From Deltaproteobacteria bacterium (GTDB lineage Bacteria; Myxococcota_A; Polyangia; Polyangiales; Houyiibacteriaceae): a DNA stretch of 36,910 nucleotides. The stretch is from NCBI GenBank assembly GCA_034670305.1, contig JAXMNT010000067.1:1-36910 (forward strand), in the 5' to 3' direction. Below, in pieces: positions 26,570-36,789 of the stretch. The translations under genes were made by a program, and so were the position numbers. The first letter of the stretch is position 1; the number at the start of each line of letters is the position of its first letter. The notes beneath the pieces were generated by a model. The model did not search any database. It had not been told where the DNA came from and saw nothing but the letters and a program-made list of their open reading frames with translations.

Positions 26570-27898
26570 GTGTGGATCCGTCCCGACGTGCCGTTCGCGC
26601 CCAAGCGGCTGCCCTTCTTCTACGGATGGGTGATCGTCGTCGTCGCAACGCTCGGCGTTCTGACGTCTCTGCCGGGACAGACGGTCGGCGTGAGCGTCTT
26701 CACCGACGCGCTGCTGGACGCCACCGGGCTCTCGCGGCTGGAGGTGTCGACCGCCTATCTGGTCGGTACGCTGACCAGCGGCTTCTTGCTTCCGCTCGGT
26801 GGGTCGCTCGTCGATCGCATCGGGGCCCGCGGCGCGGCGCTTCTGGCCTGCGCCGGGTTGGCGTCGACGCTGCTCTGGCTGGCCCACGTCGATGCGGTCG
26901 GCTTCGCGGTCGGGGCGACGCTCGGAAGCACGACGATGTTCGCGGTGCTCGCCGGCGCGTTCCTCTGCCTCCGGTTCAGCGGCCAGGGCATGCTCACGCT
27001 GGTCAGTCGCACGATGCTCGGCCGCTGGTTCGATCGGCGGCGCGGCATGGTGGCGGGCATCAGTGGGGTGGTGCTCGCGTTCGGGTTCGGCGGCGCGCCA
27101 GCGCTCTTCGACGCGTGGATCGAACGCGCCGAGTGGCGCGGTGCGTGGACCGAGATGGCGCTCGTCGTCGGTCTCGCGATGGGCAGCCTCGTGTTCCTCT
27201 TCTACCGCGACAACCCGGAACGCTGCGGGCTGCGCATGGACGGCGCTGCACCGCTCACCAGCGAAGAAGAGAAGGACGCGCCTCCGATCGAAGGGTTCAC
27301 TCGAGGCGAGGCGCTGCGGACGTTCGCGTTCTGGGCGGTGACGCTCGCGCTCGCGACCCAGGCGCTCGTCGTCACGGCGATCACCTTCCACATCGTCGAC
27401 ATCGGTGCGGACGTCGGCGGGCTGGACCGGGCGGAGGCGATCGCGATCTTCTTGCCGGTGGCGGCGCTCTCGACGGTCGTCGGCCTCGTCGGGGGGCCGC
27501 TCGCCGACCGCTTGCCGGTGAAGGTCTTGCTCGTGGCCATGATGGGCGGACAGGCGCTCTCCATCGTGGGCGTGGCGTACCTCGACGAGTGGTTCTGGCT
27601 GGCGGTGTTCGGGTTGGGACTCAGCGGAGGGCTCTTTCAGCCGATCGCGACGGTCGCGTACCCGCGCTTCTTCGGGCGCGCGCATCTTGGTGCGATCGCG
27701 GGCGCGGAGATGATGGTGTTGGTGATCGGGAGCGCGATCGGTCCCGTGGTGCTGGCCAGTTCCAAGGACGCGTTCGCCTCGTATGTACCCGCGCTGCACC
27801 TGTTCCTCGTGCTGCCGGCCTTGGCGATCGTGGCGGCGCTGGCGATGCGGCCCCCTCGCCCCATCCTCCCGGGCACGCCCAAGGGCCGTAAAGGCTGA
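26570..27898 (+). CDS. MFS transporter
   Basis: FFYGWVIV N-terminus, motif A GSLVDRIGAR and GPLADRLPVK, RWFDRRRG, YPRFFGRAHLGAI; about 12 TM. The start is uncertain (26570 or 26588). Confidence 0.9.
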   Translation: MWIRPDVPFAPKRLPFFYGWVIVVVATLGVLTSLPGQTVGVSVFTDALLDATGLSRLEVSTAYLVGTLTSGFLLPLGGSLVDRIGARGAALLACAGLASTLLWLAHVDAVGFAVGATLGSTTMFAVLAGAFLCLRFSGQGMLTLVSRTMLGRWFDRRRGMVAGISGVVLAFGFGGAPALFDAWIERAEWRGAWTEMALVVGLAMGSLVFLFYRDNPERCGLRMDGAAPLTSEEEKDAPPIEGFTRGEALRTFAFWAVTLALATQALVVTAITFHIVDIGADVGGLDRAEAIAIFLPVAALSTVVGLVGGPLADRLPVKVLLVAMMGGQALSIVGVAYLDEWFWLAVFGLGLSGGLFQPIATVAYPRFFGRAHLGAIAGAEMMVLVIGSAIGPVVLASSKDAFASYVPALHLFLVLPALAIVAALAMRPPRPILPGTPKGRKG

Positions 27899-28044
27899 GC
27901 CAGGCGCGGTGGAGCAAGTCCGCTTGGGGAACAGAGGCGGGTGTGAGAGCGTAGGACTCGAGTGCGGATGGGGGACGAACGCCGAGGTTTTCGGGGTTCA
28001 AGCGAATCCGGCCACCAGCTGCCGGCACCGTTCCCAAGGTGCGG

Positions 28045-28073
28045 GGAACTTTTGGGGTCGGAGACCGGTCGGA
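28045..28073 (+). promoter_or_regulatory. Putative ECF (sigmaE-type) promoter
   Basis: GGAACTT, then 16 nt, then GTCGGA, followed by SD GAGGAG (28083-28088) and ATG 28094. Confidence 0.55.
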
Positions 28074-28093
28074 CGACCGGCAGAGGAGCGACG

Positions 28094-31000
28094 ATGCGGA
28101 GCAGTGTGTGTGCCAGGGCGATTCGAACAACGCGTGGGCAGGGGGCGCTGTGGGCGCTCGTGTGTGTGCTGGCTGGGACCGTCGCGTGTGGCGGGGCCAC
28201 CGACGAACTCGTCATCTCCACCCGCGCGTCCGTGGAACCGGTGCGCGGTGCGAACCCGCGCGCTCGGCTGCAGGTCCAGGAGAACCTGGAGATCGCCGAC
28301 CTCGCGCGGCTGCGGCTCGACTCTGGTCCAGTGCTGCTCGTGCGCGGCGTGCACGCGAAGGTCGACGTCGACGACGTGCTCCACCTCGAGGTGGGCGATG
28401 GCGGCGCCGCCTTCCTCGAAGTGCTTCAGGGACAGGCGCTCGAACTGCAGGTCGGTGAACACCGGCTGAGCGTGCTCGACGCGTCGCTCTCGCTCGAGAA
28501 CGGCGCGGTGTACGTCGTGCGCGGAGAGCTCAGCCACCGACACGGCGAAGCGCGGCAGCGGGTGCAGGCCGGTGAGCGGCTCGACCTCGGCACGGACGAG
28601 GTCACGCCGCAGCGGCTCTGGCACGACTGGACCGGCGGCCTCGCGCAACCGGGGCCGGGTCTCTACGAGGACGCCGCCATCGGCACGCTCGAAGCACGCG
28701 TGCCGGACCAGACGGGGCAGGCCCGCTGGCCGCTCGTGATGCGGCGCCTCGACGTGAAGGCCACCGTGACCGAGGACCTGGCGGTCACCAACGTCGACCA
28801 GGTGTTCTTCAACCCCGCGAGCGAAGCGGTCGAGGGCTACTACCGGATCCGCGTGCCGGTCGGCGCGGTGCTCCAGCGTTTCGCGGTCGACCGCGATGGC
28901 CGGCTCGTCGACGGCTACGTGCGCGAGAAGGCGCAAGCGCAGCAGGCCTACCAGGCGCAGGTGTACCGAGGTTCGACGCTCGACCCGGCGTTGCTCGAGT
29001 GGGTGGCGCCGGGCGAGTACCGCGCGCGCATCTACCCGATCGCACCCGGCGCGGCGCGCCGCATCTCGATCCGCTACACCGAGTGGCTCAAGCGCGACTC
29101 GGCCGATGGGCCACGCCGCTACCGGTTCCCGATGGCCGGTGGTCCCGACGCTCCGATCATTCAGGAGCTCTCGTTCGAAGCCGATCTCACCGCCGCCCAC
29201 GCCGGTCAGGTGCGGGCCGGACGCGCGGCGACGATCGAAGGGGACATCGTGCGCATGCGCGAGTCGGACTTCCGCCCCCGCGTCGATCTCGAACTCGAGC
29301 TCTTCGACGCCGACGACCGCGCACCCGAGCTGCCGATCTGGCGGGCCGACCACGTGGCGCCGGTGCGGGATCCGCGCGCCGGGCAGATGCCGGACGAAGC
29401 CGAACTCGACTACCTCTACATCCCGGTGGTGCTGCCGGACGCGCTCTTCGAGTCCGCAACGACCGAGGGGCTCGACGTGGTCGTGGTGACGGACGTCTCG
29501 GCCGGCACCGAACGTTCGCAGCTGGAACTCGGCCGCTCGGTGGCCGAGTCGCTGGCGACCCACCTCGGGGCGGACGATCGCGTGGCGATCCTCGCGAGCG
29601 ACGTGGGGCTGCGCGCGCTCGCGGGCGACGGAGCGCTCGGGCCGGCGACACCGGAGCGGCTCGAAGGGTTGCTCGATGCCTTGGCCCGCGAGCCGGCCGG
29701 TGGTGCGACCGATCTGGGCGGCGCACTCTCAGAAGCGGCGGCGCTGCTGGACGGGAGCCGCAACGGCATCGTGGTCTACGTGGGCGACGGCGCCCCGACG
29801 GTCGGTGAATTGCGCGCCGAGGAGCTGCTCGAACGGGTGGCGCGTTTGCCCCGTCCACTGCGTGCGTACGCGGTCGGCATCGGCGAAGACGCGCATCTCG
29901 ACTTGCTGGATGCGGTCACGCGCGGCGGCGGTCTCGCGATCCGGGTCGAGACCCGCACCGCTGCCGCCGAAGCGGCCCTCCGAGTGCTTGGACACGCGCG
30001 CCGGCCGGCGGCGCAGCGGGTCACGGTGACAGTCGACGGGGCCGAGCAGGTGTTCCCGCGCACGCCGGTCGATGTCGTGCGCGGCGCGGTGCTCTCGGTG
30101 GTCGGCCGGGTCGAGGGCGACCTTCCGGCGACCATCACGGTGAACGGTTTGATCGGAGACCAGCCCTTCGAACAAGAGATCGCTGTGCGTCAGGCGGGCA
30201 TCGACGACAACGGAGACCTGCGACTTCGCTGGGCAGCCGAGCGCCTGCGCCAACTGCTCCTCTCAGGAGGCCAGCGCGAAGAGATCGCCGACCTCGGCGT
30301 GCGCTACGGACTCATCACGCCCTACACGAGCTTCTACGTGCCGTCCGCGGCGGAGATGGCATCGCTCGGCGAGGCGGCGCGGCCGCTCTACCGAGACCAG
30401 CGGGGTCGGGGACACGGGGTGACGGCGGTCGGTCTCATGCCGAGCCTGGCCGCGCTCGGCCTCGCCGGTTGCGGCCGGGGAGAACCCGACGCGTCGTCGG
30501 TCTCCGGTCCGATGGAAGCGATGGAAGAACCCTCGATGGACGAGATGGAGAACAACGACGAGGGAGGCGCGATGGGCGCGGCCTCGGCCAGCAAGACCCT
30601 GAACCGCTACGCGATCGAAGGCGCGGGAGCCGACATGGTCCCGAGCAGCCGAAGCGCGGTGCAACCCTCGGAGCCCTCTCCGGCACCTCCTGCGGTGGCG
30701 CCCCAAGCCGAGCCGGAGCCCGAGGTGGCGATGGCGCGTGAAGCGGCGCGGGGTTCTGGTGTCCTCGGCGTGGTCGGCGGCGGCGGCGGGCAGCCGGGAC
30801 AGGTCGGCGCCAACCAGCAGGGCCAACGTCTGAACAACGATCCGCTCTCCGGCCTCGACTTCGGAGACGCCGAAGAAGAAGCGCCGGAAGAGCTCCGTGC
30901 GGAAGTGACCGAGACCGAACGCAGCGGAGAGCTCGCCGATGCCTTCGCCGCCAACGTGGACACGACGACCGTGCCCACCGACGGCAACGGCTACGGACGG

Positions 31001-32608
31001 GGCGAGACCGGCGCGAGCGTCGATCCCTGGGGCGCGGAAGAGCAGACCGTCGAAGGCCCTCGGCGCATGCGAAGGGCACGTCCACGCACCACGACGGGCA
31101 TCGCGCGGATCGATGGTGGGCGTGGCAACCGCGGGGGCGACGCGGACCAGCCGGACAACGACGAATCGGGCAACGTGGACGTCACGGTGCGGGCGGGCGG
31201 ACACCGCATCGACGTGCACGTCGGTTCCACGCCGACCGCGCGACACACGGTGAGCCGGTGCAGCGACGCGTCGGATCAGATGCTCGACCAGCGCCGCGAT
31301 CTCTGGCGCGAACGACTCCAGAGCGCGAGCGGCATCAGCGGCTACGTGTCGGTGTTCCGCGACGCGCGCCGCCAGTGCGAGCTGCCTCAGTGGCGGGACC
31401 GGGTGGCGCTGCTCGGGCTGATGCTCTCGCGCGCCGGTTCGATCGCCCAGCAAGTGCAGCTGTGGCGGTACCTCGACGACGGCGGCGCCCGCCGCTGGGT
31501 GCGCGCCGCGATCTTGCGCCGGGTGCGCACCCCCGAGGACCTCCGACTCGCCCGCGCGACCTTCGGGGCCGCGGCCTACGACATGGATCTCGTCACCCAG
31601 GTGCTCGAGCGCGCCGGCGACGGGGCCGGGCGGGTGCGCGCGCTTCGCCAGCTGGTCCGCCAGATGCCGAGCAACCTCGACCTGCAGCTTTTGCTGCTCG
31701 AGATCCTCGAACGTTCGGGCCGCACGGCGGAAGCCAAACGCCTCGCCCGAGAACTGCGCGAGGACCCGATGACCGACGGCGGCATCCGGACCGCGATCGG
31801 CGAGATGTACCTGCGGCTCGAAGACGAAGCGGAAGCGCGCCGGGTGTTCGGCGAGATCGTGGAGTTCGCACCGACGGACGCGCTCGCCCGCCGGCGTCTC
31901 GGGGATCTCTTCCGCGCTCACGGCTGGTTCGAAGACGCGTATGTGCAGTACCGCACCCTCGCGGCCATCACCCCGGACGATCTGACCGTGTCGCTTCTGC
32001 TCGCGCAGGCCGCCGCCGGTGCCGGCCGGGTCGATGAAGCCTTGCGGCTCGAACAGAGCCTCGCGAGCAGCGCCGATCCCGGTGCCGCCGGCGGGCTCGG
32101 GCGCATCGCGATGCTCTGGTCGTCGGTGCGGTTCGCCGAACTTCGAAAAGCGGCGCGGGCCGAGAACGACACCGAACGCATCGAAGCGCTGGATTCACGC
32201 ATGCGGCGCAGCGGGGTGACCCGCAACGCCGGTGCGTTCCGCGCGACACTCGTGTGGTCGCATCCCGAAGCGGGCGTGTCGCTCTGGGCGGCCCACCCGG
32301 GACTCGGGCTCACCCGACCGACCGAACTCGCGCCCGAGTATGGGCTCGAAGCGTTCGACCTCTCCGAACAGGAAGCGGCGGCGTACCAGTTCGAGGTGCG
32401 GCGGGCCGACCGCTTCGCGCGACCGGGGAGCACGACCCACGCGGCTGGCGCGCGGCCGCTCACCCAGGTGCACGCCAAGCTGGTCTTCGTCTGGAACGAA
32501 GGTCAGGACGACGAACAGATCGAGATTCGAGAGCTCACCTTCGACGGGACGCAGACCAAGTTCGCGTACCGCGTCGAAGGCCGCACGCTCTCCGAGGTGA
32601 CCCAGTGA
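28094..32608 (+). CDS. Large lipoprotein: FecR-like + VIT + vWA + low-complexity linker + TPR (1504 aa)
   Basis: Signal ending TVAC; VIT (LDVKATVTEDLAVTNVDQVFFN...EGYYRIRVPVGAVLQRFAV...DPALLEW); vWA (VVVVTDVSAG, GGATDLGGAL, VYVGDG); TPRs near the C-terminus. Confidence 0.87.
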   Translation: MRSSVCARAIRTTRGQGALWALVCVLAGTVACGGATDELVISTRASVEPVRGANPRARLQVQENLEIADLARLRLDSGPVLLVRGVHAKVDVDDVLHLEVGDGGAAFLEVLQGQALELQVGEHRLSVLDASLSLENGAVYVVRGELSHRHGEARQRVQAGERLDLGTDEVTPQRLWHDWTGGLAQPGPGLYEDAAIGTLEARVPDQTGQARWPLVMRRLDVKATVTEDLAVTNVDQVFFNPASEAVEGYYRIRVPVGAVLQRFAVDRDGRLVDGYVREKAQAQQAYQAQVYRGSTLDPALLEWVAPGEYRARIYPIAPGAARRISIRYTEWLKRDSADGPRRYRFPMAGGPDAPIIQELSFEADLTAAHAGQVRAGRAATIEGDIVRMRESDFRPRVDLELELFDADDRAPELPIWRADHVAPVRDPRAGQMPDEAELDYLYIPVVLPDALFESATTEGLDVVVVTDVSAGTERSQLELGRSVAESLATHLGADDRVAILASDVGLRALAGDGALGPATPERLEGLLDALAREPAGGATDLGGALSEAAALLDGSRNGIVVYVGDGAPTVGELRAEELLERVARLPRPLRAYAVGIGEDAHLDLLDAVTRGGGLAIRVETRTAAAEAALRVLGHARRPAAQRVTVTVDGAEQVFPRTPVDVVRGAVLSVVGRVEGDLPATITVNGLIGDQPFEQEIAVRQAGIDDNGDLRLRWAAERLRQLLLSGGQREEIADLGVRYGLITPYTSFYVPSAAEMASLGEAARPLYRDQRGRGHGVTAVGLMPSLAALGLAGCGRGEPDASSVSGPMEAMEEPSMDEMENNDEGGAMGAASASKTLNRYAIEGAGADMVPSSRSAVQPSEPSPAPPAVAPQAEPEPEVAMAREAARGSGVLGVVGGGGGQPGQVGANQQGQRLNNDPLSGLDFGDAEEEAPEELRAEVTETERSGELADAFAANVDTTTVPTDGNGYGRGETGASVDPWGAEEQTVEGPRRMRRARPRTTTGIARIDGGRGNRGGDADQPDNDESGNVDVTVRAGGHRIDVHVGSTPTARHTVSRCSDASDQMLDQRRDLWRERLQSASGISGYVSVFRDARRQCELPQWRDRVALLGLMLSRAGSIAQQVQLWRYLDDGGARRWVRAAILRRVRTPEDLRLARATFGAAAYDMDLVTQVLERAGDGAGRVRALRQLVRQMPSNLDLQLLLLEILERSGRTAEAKRLARELREDPMTDGGIRTAIGEMYLRLEDEAEARRVFGEIVEFAPTDALARRRLGDLFRAHGWFEDAYVQYRTLAAITPDDLTVSLLLAQAAAGAGRVDEALRLEQSLASSADPGAAGGLGRIAMLWSSVRFAELRKAARAENDTERIEALDSRMRRSGVTRNAGAFRATLVWSHPEAGVSLWAAHPGLGLTRPTELAPEYGLEAFDLSEQEAAAYQFEVRRADRFARPGSTTHAAGARPLTQVHAKLVFVWNEGQDDEQIEIRELTFDGTQTKFAYRVEGRTLSEVTQ

Positions 32609-35600
32609 CACGGTTCTCAGTGAAACGGTTCTCCGCGAAGCGGTTGTCCGCGCAGCGGTTGTCCGCGCTCGTGCTCATGATGGCGGCCTGCGGGGGTTCG
32701 AACGAACCGCCGCCCGCGATGACGGTGGCCACCGCGGAACCGATCCGCGGGACCTACACGCTCGAGCGCGAAGAGTTCACCTGGCCGGTCGTCGGACCGA
32801 TGCGGGTGGAAGAGGGCGCCAGCGCCACGACCGCCGACGATGCGCGCGGCGCACTCCAGCTCGATTCGGGCGCGTGGGTGCTGCTCGACCGAGCGACGGT
32901 CGTGCATCCGTCGCTCGAGAAACTCACAGTCGACTCGGGCCGGGCATGGATCGACGCGCGCGATGGAGAGCTCGTGGTCGCGACCGGGCAGGGCGAACTG
33001 CGGGCCGTGAACGCGACGTTCGCGGTCTCCGCCACCGCCGACCGGACCGAGGTGTACTGCGCGTCGGGCGAGGTCGCCTACGTGGCGGGCACGCAAGGCG
33101 CGGATGCGCGGGTGGTCCAAGGCGAAGTGCTCGTGCTCGAAGGCGGCGAAGCATCCGTCGACGGCGCCGAACTCTGGGACGACTGGACCGGCGGACTCGC
33201 AGACCCCACCCCGCGGGTGGAAGCGCTGCCCTCGTACGTCGGCGTGCTCGCTGGCCGCGAACTCGAAGCCTACGGCCGCGCCCGGCGTCCACTGAGCCTG
33301 CGCGCCCACGAAGTGGACGTGGAGCTGCGCGGCGACTTCGCGATCACCGAAGTCGTACAGACCTACTTCAACGCGGAGAGCGCCGCCCTCGAAGCCGAAC
33401 ACCGGATGCGTTTGCCCGAAGGCGCCATCGTCAGCGGCTTCGCGATCGACCTCGGCCAAGGGTTCGTGCAGGCGCAGGTCGAGCCCCTCATCTCGTCCGG
33501 CTACCAGCTCTCCTGGGATCCGCGCAACGCCACCACCGGCCGCCTCTCGTACGACGGGCCCGGCCAGCTGCGTGCCCGCGTGCATCCGATCGCACCCGGC
33601 GCGACGGTGCGGATCCAAGTGCGCTACGCCCAGTGGCTGCACCGCGAACAGGACCGCCGAACCTACACCTACCCGATGCGCACCGAAGGTTCGGTGCCGC
33701 CGCTCGTGGGTGAACTGCGCATCAGCGTACACACCGGCGGCACCCACGCCGGCGCGTACCGGGCCGGCATGGGCGCGCGCCTGGACGGCAACGACGTGGT
33801 CTTGCGCAAGAGCGACTGGCGACCGACCTCCGACTTCAGCCTCGACCTGATGGACGACCCAGAAGTCGAGCGGCACACCGGCGCGCTCGCGTTCGTGGTG
33901 GAACCGCCCGGTGGCACCATGGTGGGCGGCGGAAACGTCGCGGCGGATGGCGGGGAGCGGTTCGTGCTCTTCGACGTTCCCACCACCGGCGTCGTGATCG
34001 GCGACGACGAATCCGACACCGAGCGGCCCGATCCGGGCCTCGACCTCGCGATCGTCGTCGACACTTCGGGCGGCACCGAACCCGAAGATCTCGAACTCGC
34101 CCGATCGGTGGTCGAAGGCGTCCTGCTGCAGTTGAGCGCGGACGACCGAGTCGCCCTTCGGGTGGGCGACGTCTCTCTCCGCGCGGCTGGCAGCGACGCC
34201 GAGCTCGCACCGATCTCGGTGCAGCGGCGCGACGCGCTGCTCGCGGCCCTCGGTGAAGCGCCGCTTGGTGGCGCGACCGATCTCGCCCGAATGCTCCGTG
34301 AAGCGGGCGAACTCGTCGCGGCCAAACCGCGGGGCGCGGTGCTCTACATCGGCGACGCCTCCCCGACGACGGGCGCACTCGACATGCGCGAGGTCCGGGC
34401 GAGCCTGGCGGCGCTTCAAGACGCACCGCGCTACTTCGGCCTCGCGACCGGAGAAGGTGCGAACGTCGCGCTGCTGCGCTCGCTCTTCGGAGACGGGTCC
34501 GCGCACGCGGTCGCCGAACGGACCGAAGCGACCCGCGCGATCCTGAGCGTGCTCGCGGACGCGGCTCGTCCGCTTCTGCGCAACGTCACCGTCGATCTCG
34601 GCGCCGGGGTGGAGCGCATCTTCCCGCGGCCTCCGATCGTCGTCCCGCAGCGCGCGCCGCTTCGAGTCGTCGGTCGGCTTGCGGGTGACCTGCCCGAAGA
34701 GGTCGTGCTGCGCGGCACCCTGGACGGCGAGTCCTTCGAGGTACGCCAAGCCGTGAAGCAAGAGCACATCGAAGACGATGGGGACATCCGCCGGCGCTGG
34801 GCCAGCGCGCGCCTGCAGGAACTGCTCTCGGGCGACGCCGGACGCGAAGCGCTCGTCGAACTCGGCGGCCGGTTCGGCGTGCTCACCCCGTGGACTTCGT
34901 GGGTCGCGTTTGGCGGCAAGGGCGGCGGCTACTGGCCGGTCGACGGCTTCGACGTGAACCCACTCGAGGTGGACTGGGCACTCGGCGGCGGGGGCCCCTC
35001 GGTCGTGCCGGTCACGATGCCGGCCGACAACTCCGGTTGGCGTCGTTGGCGGCAGCCGGCCGCCGAACCCGCCGCGGTCGCGGTGGAAGAGACGTGGCGA
35101 TCCCGCGTCAGCCAAGCGGACGAGACCGAGGCGATCACCAGCGACGGAGGGCTCGCGCAAGCCGCCACAGTCCGTGCGCTGCGAACGTCCGAACGCGGCC
35201 CGCGCTCCTGTTTCGAACGCCGGCTCCTGGTGCGTCCCGATCTCTCGGGTTCGGTCACGGTGTCGGTCGAGGTCGACCGCGACGGCAGCTTGAAAGACGC
35301 CGAGCTCCAAACCAGCACCCTCGGCGCGGCCGACGTCGACGCCTGCATCTTGACCGAGGTCCGCGGCGTCCGGTTCCCGGCGCTCGGCGGTACCGGCGGC
35401 TCCGTGCGGGTGAGTCACACGTTCCGGTTCGAGAGCGCCGGCCGAGGCCTCGGCGTACAGCGCAGCTGCAGCGACGCGTCGCGGCAGTCCCTCGAAGTGC
35501 GCCGCGGCTTGTGGCGTGAACGACTCGCATCGAACGCGGGCCCGCACGGTGCGCTCTCGGTGTGGCGCGACGCAGAGCGGTCCTGCGAACTGACCGGATG

Positions 35601-36789
35601 GCGCGCGCGACGCACGCTGCTCGATGCGATGTTGCGCAGCGTGCGCGGCATCTCGGCCGAGGTGCGGCTCTACCAGATGCTCGCGGGCAACCCGAGCGTC
35701 GCGGCCTACTTGCGGCGCGCGATCCTGCGCCACGTGCGCACGCCTCAAGACGTGCTCATCGTCCGCGCGGGCCTCGAGCTCGACGCGCCGGTCGACTGGA
35801 GCGTGTTCTCACGGCTCTGGAAACGAACGACCGATCCCGCCGGCCGCCTGAGGCTGGTGCGGGCGTGGCTCGAGGTCGCGCCGGAAGAACTCGACCTGCG
35901 CCTGCGTCTGCTCGCACTGTTGGAAGAGACCGAAGCGATGCCCGAAGCGCGCCGACTCGCCCGCGAGCTGCGCGCGGAACCGCTGGCGGATGCGCGCGTG
36001 CGGACCGCAGTCGGCGAGTTCTGGCTGCGGCAGGGCAACGAGAGCGAAGCCCGGCGGGTGTTCAGCGAGATCGTCGAACACGCGCCCTACGACCCCTGGG
36101 GTCGGCGCCGCCTCGGAGATCTGTACCGTGCACACGGCTGGTACGACGACGCGTACCGCGAGTACCGCTCGCTCGCCCGGCTCCAGCCGAACGAACCCGG
36201 CGTCTGGCTTCTGCTCGCACGCGCCGCGGCCGGCGCGGGCCGCATCGACGAAGCGCTTCGGCTCGAGCAACGGCTCAGCGAGAGCGTGGCGCCCGGACAC
36301 ATCGAAGGGGTGGCGGGCGTGGCCCGGCTTTGGAGCACGGTGCGGCTCATGAGCCTCGGCGAAGGCGCCGGCGCGGCGGAGCAGGCGCTCTTGCGGCAGC
36401 GTCGACGCAACGCGGGCATCCTCCGCGATCCACCCGCGCTCTTCGCGACCGTCACCTGGGCGCACCCCGACGATGGCCCCGAACTCTTCGTCAAGGGCAC
36501 CTGGGTACCGGAGGACGACGATTGGGCGCCGGCCGACCTGAGCGCGAAGTCGTTCGGGCTCAACGCGGTCCTGGTCGACGAACTCGACGACGCGCCGGTG
36601 CGTTTTCAGATCCGCCGAGAGGAGCTGGACGCGCTGCGCGATGTGCGGGCGACCCTGACTGTGGTGACCGATCTCGGCGGAGAAACGCCGGTCGTACACA
36701 CCGAAGAGATCGTGCTGACGCGCGAGGCGCGCATCCTGAGCTTCGAGCTGGCCGGGGGCACCCTGAGCGCGATCCCGAACCCGCCCTAG
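32605..36789 (+). CDS. Paralogous lipoprotein: FecR-like + VIT + vWA + AgmX/PglI (TonB-C-like) domain + TPR (1394 aa)
   Basis: GTGA overlap with the previous stop; signal ending MAAC; VIT and vWA motifs (IVVDTSGG, GGATDL, LYIGD); RSCFERRLLVRPDLSGSVTVSVEVDRDG...ACILTEVRGVRFP; TPRs. Confidence 0.87.
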   Translation: MTRFSVKRFSAKRLSAQRLSALVLMMAACGGSNEPPPAMTVATAEPIRGTYTLEREEFTWPVVGPMRVEEGASATTADDARGALQLDSGAWVLLDRATVVHPSLEKLTVDSGRAWIDARDGELVVATGQGELRAVNATFAVSATADRTEVYCASGEVAYVAGTQGADARVVQGEVLVLEGGEASVDGAELWDDWTGGLADPTPRVEALPSYVGVLAGRELEAYGRARRPLSLRAHEVDVELRGDFAITEVVQTYFNAESAALEAEHRMRLPEGAIVSGFAIDLGQGFVQAQVEPLISSGYQLSWDPRNATTGRLSYDGPGQLRARVHPIAPGATVRIQVRYAQWLHREQDRRTYTYPMRTEGSVPPLVGELRISVHTGGTHAGAYRAGMGARLDGNDVVLRKSDWRPTSDFSLDLMDDPEVERHTGALAFVVEPPGGTMVGGGNVAADGGERFVLFDVPTTGVVIGDDESDTERPDPGLDLAIVVDTSGGTEPEDLELARSVVEGVLLQLSADDRVALRVGDVSLRAAGSDAELAPISVQRRDALLAALGEAPLGGATDLARMLREAGELVAAKPRGAVLYIGDASPTTGALDMREVRASLAALQDAPRYFGLATGEGANVALLRSLFGDGSAHAVAERTEATRAILSVLADAARPLLRNVTVDLGAGVERIFPRPPIVVPQRAPLRVVGRLAGDLPEEVVLRGTLDGESFEVRQAVKQEHIEDDGDIRRRWASARLQELLSGDAGREALVELGGRFGVLTPWTSWVAFGGKGGGYWPVDGFDVNPLEVDWALGGGGPSVVPVTMPADNSGWRRWRQPAAEPAAVAVEETWRSRVSQADETEAITSDGGLAQAATVRALRTSERGPRSCFERRLLVRPDLSGSVTVSVEVDRDGSLKDAELQTSTLGAADVDACILTEVRGVRFPALGGTGGSVRVSHTFRFESAGRGLGVQRSCSDASRQSLEVRRGLWRERLASNAGPHGALSVWRDAERSCELTGWRARRTLLDAMLRSVRGISAEVRLYQMLAGNPSVAAYLRRAILRHVRTPQDVLIVRAGLELDAPVDWSVFSRLWKRTTDPAGRLRLVRAWLEVAPEELDLRLRLLALLEETEAMPEARRLARELRAEPLADARVRTAVGEFWLRQGNESEARRVFSEIVEHAPYDPWGRRRLGDLYRAHGWYDDAYREYRSLARLQPNEPGVWLLLARAAAGAGRIDEALRLEQRLSESVAPGHIEGVAGVARLWSTVRLMSLGEGAGAAEQALLRQRRRNAGILRDPPALFATVTWAHPDDGPELFVKGTWVPEDDDWAPADLSAKSFGLNAVLVDELDDAPVRFQIRREELDALRDVRATLTVVTDLGGETPVVHTEEIVLTREARILSFELAGGTLSAIPNPP
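32611..32670 (+). repeat. 15-bp x4 tandem repeat in the signal-peptide n-region (RFSVK RFSAK RLSAQ RLSAL)
   Basis: CGGTTCTCAGTGAAA CGGTTCTCCGCGAAG CGGTTGTCCGCGCAG CGGTTGTCCGCGCTC. Confidence 0.85.

Noticed and set aside
18880-27891. Very long alternative-frame ORFs (18880-22368 minus, 24397-27891 plus, and similar ones elsewhere)
   Set aside because: These are Arg/Ala/Gly-rich shadow frames typical of high-GC DNA, overlapping genes with clear motifs.
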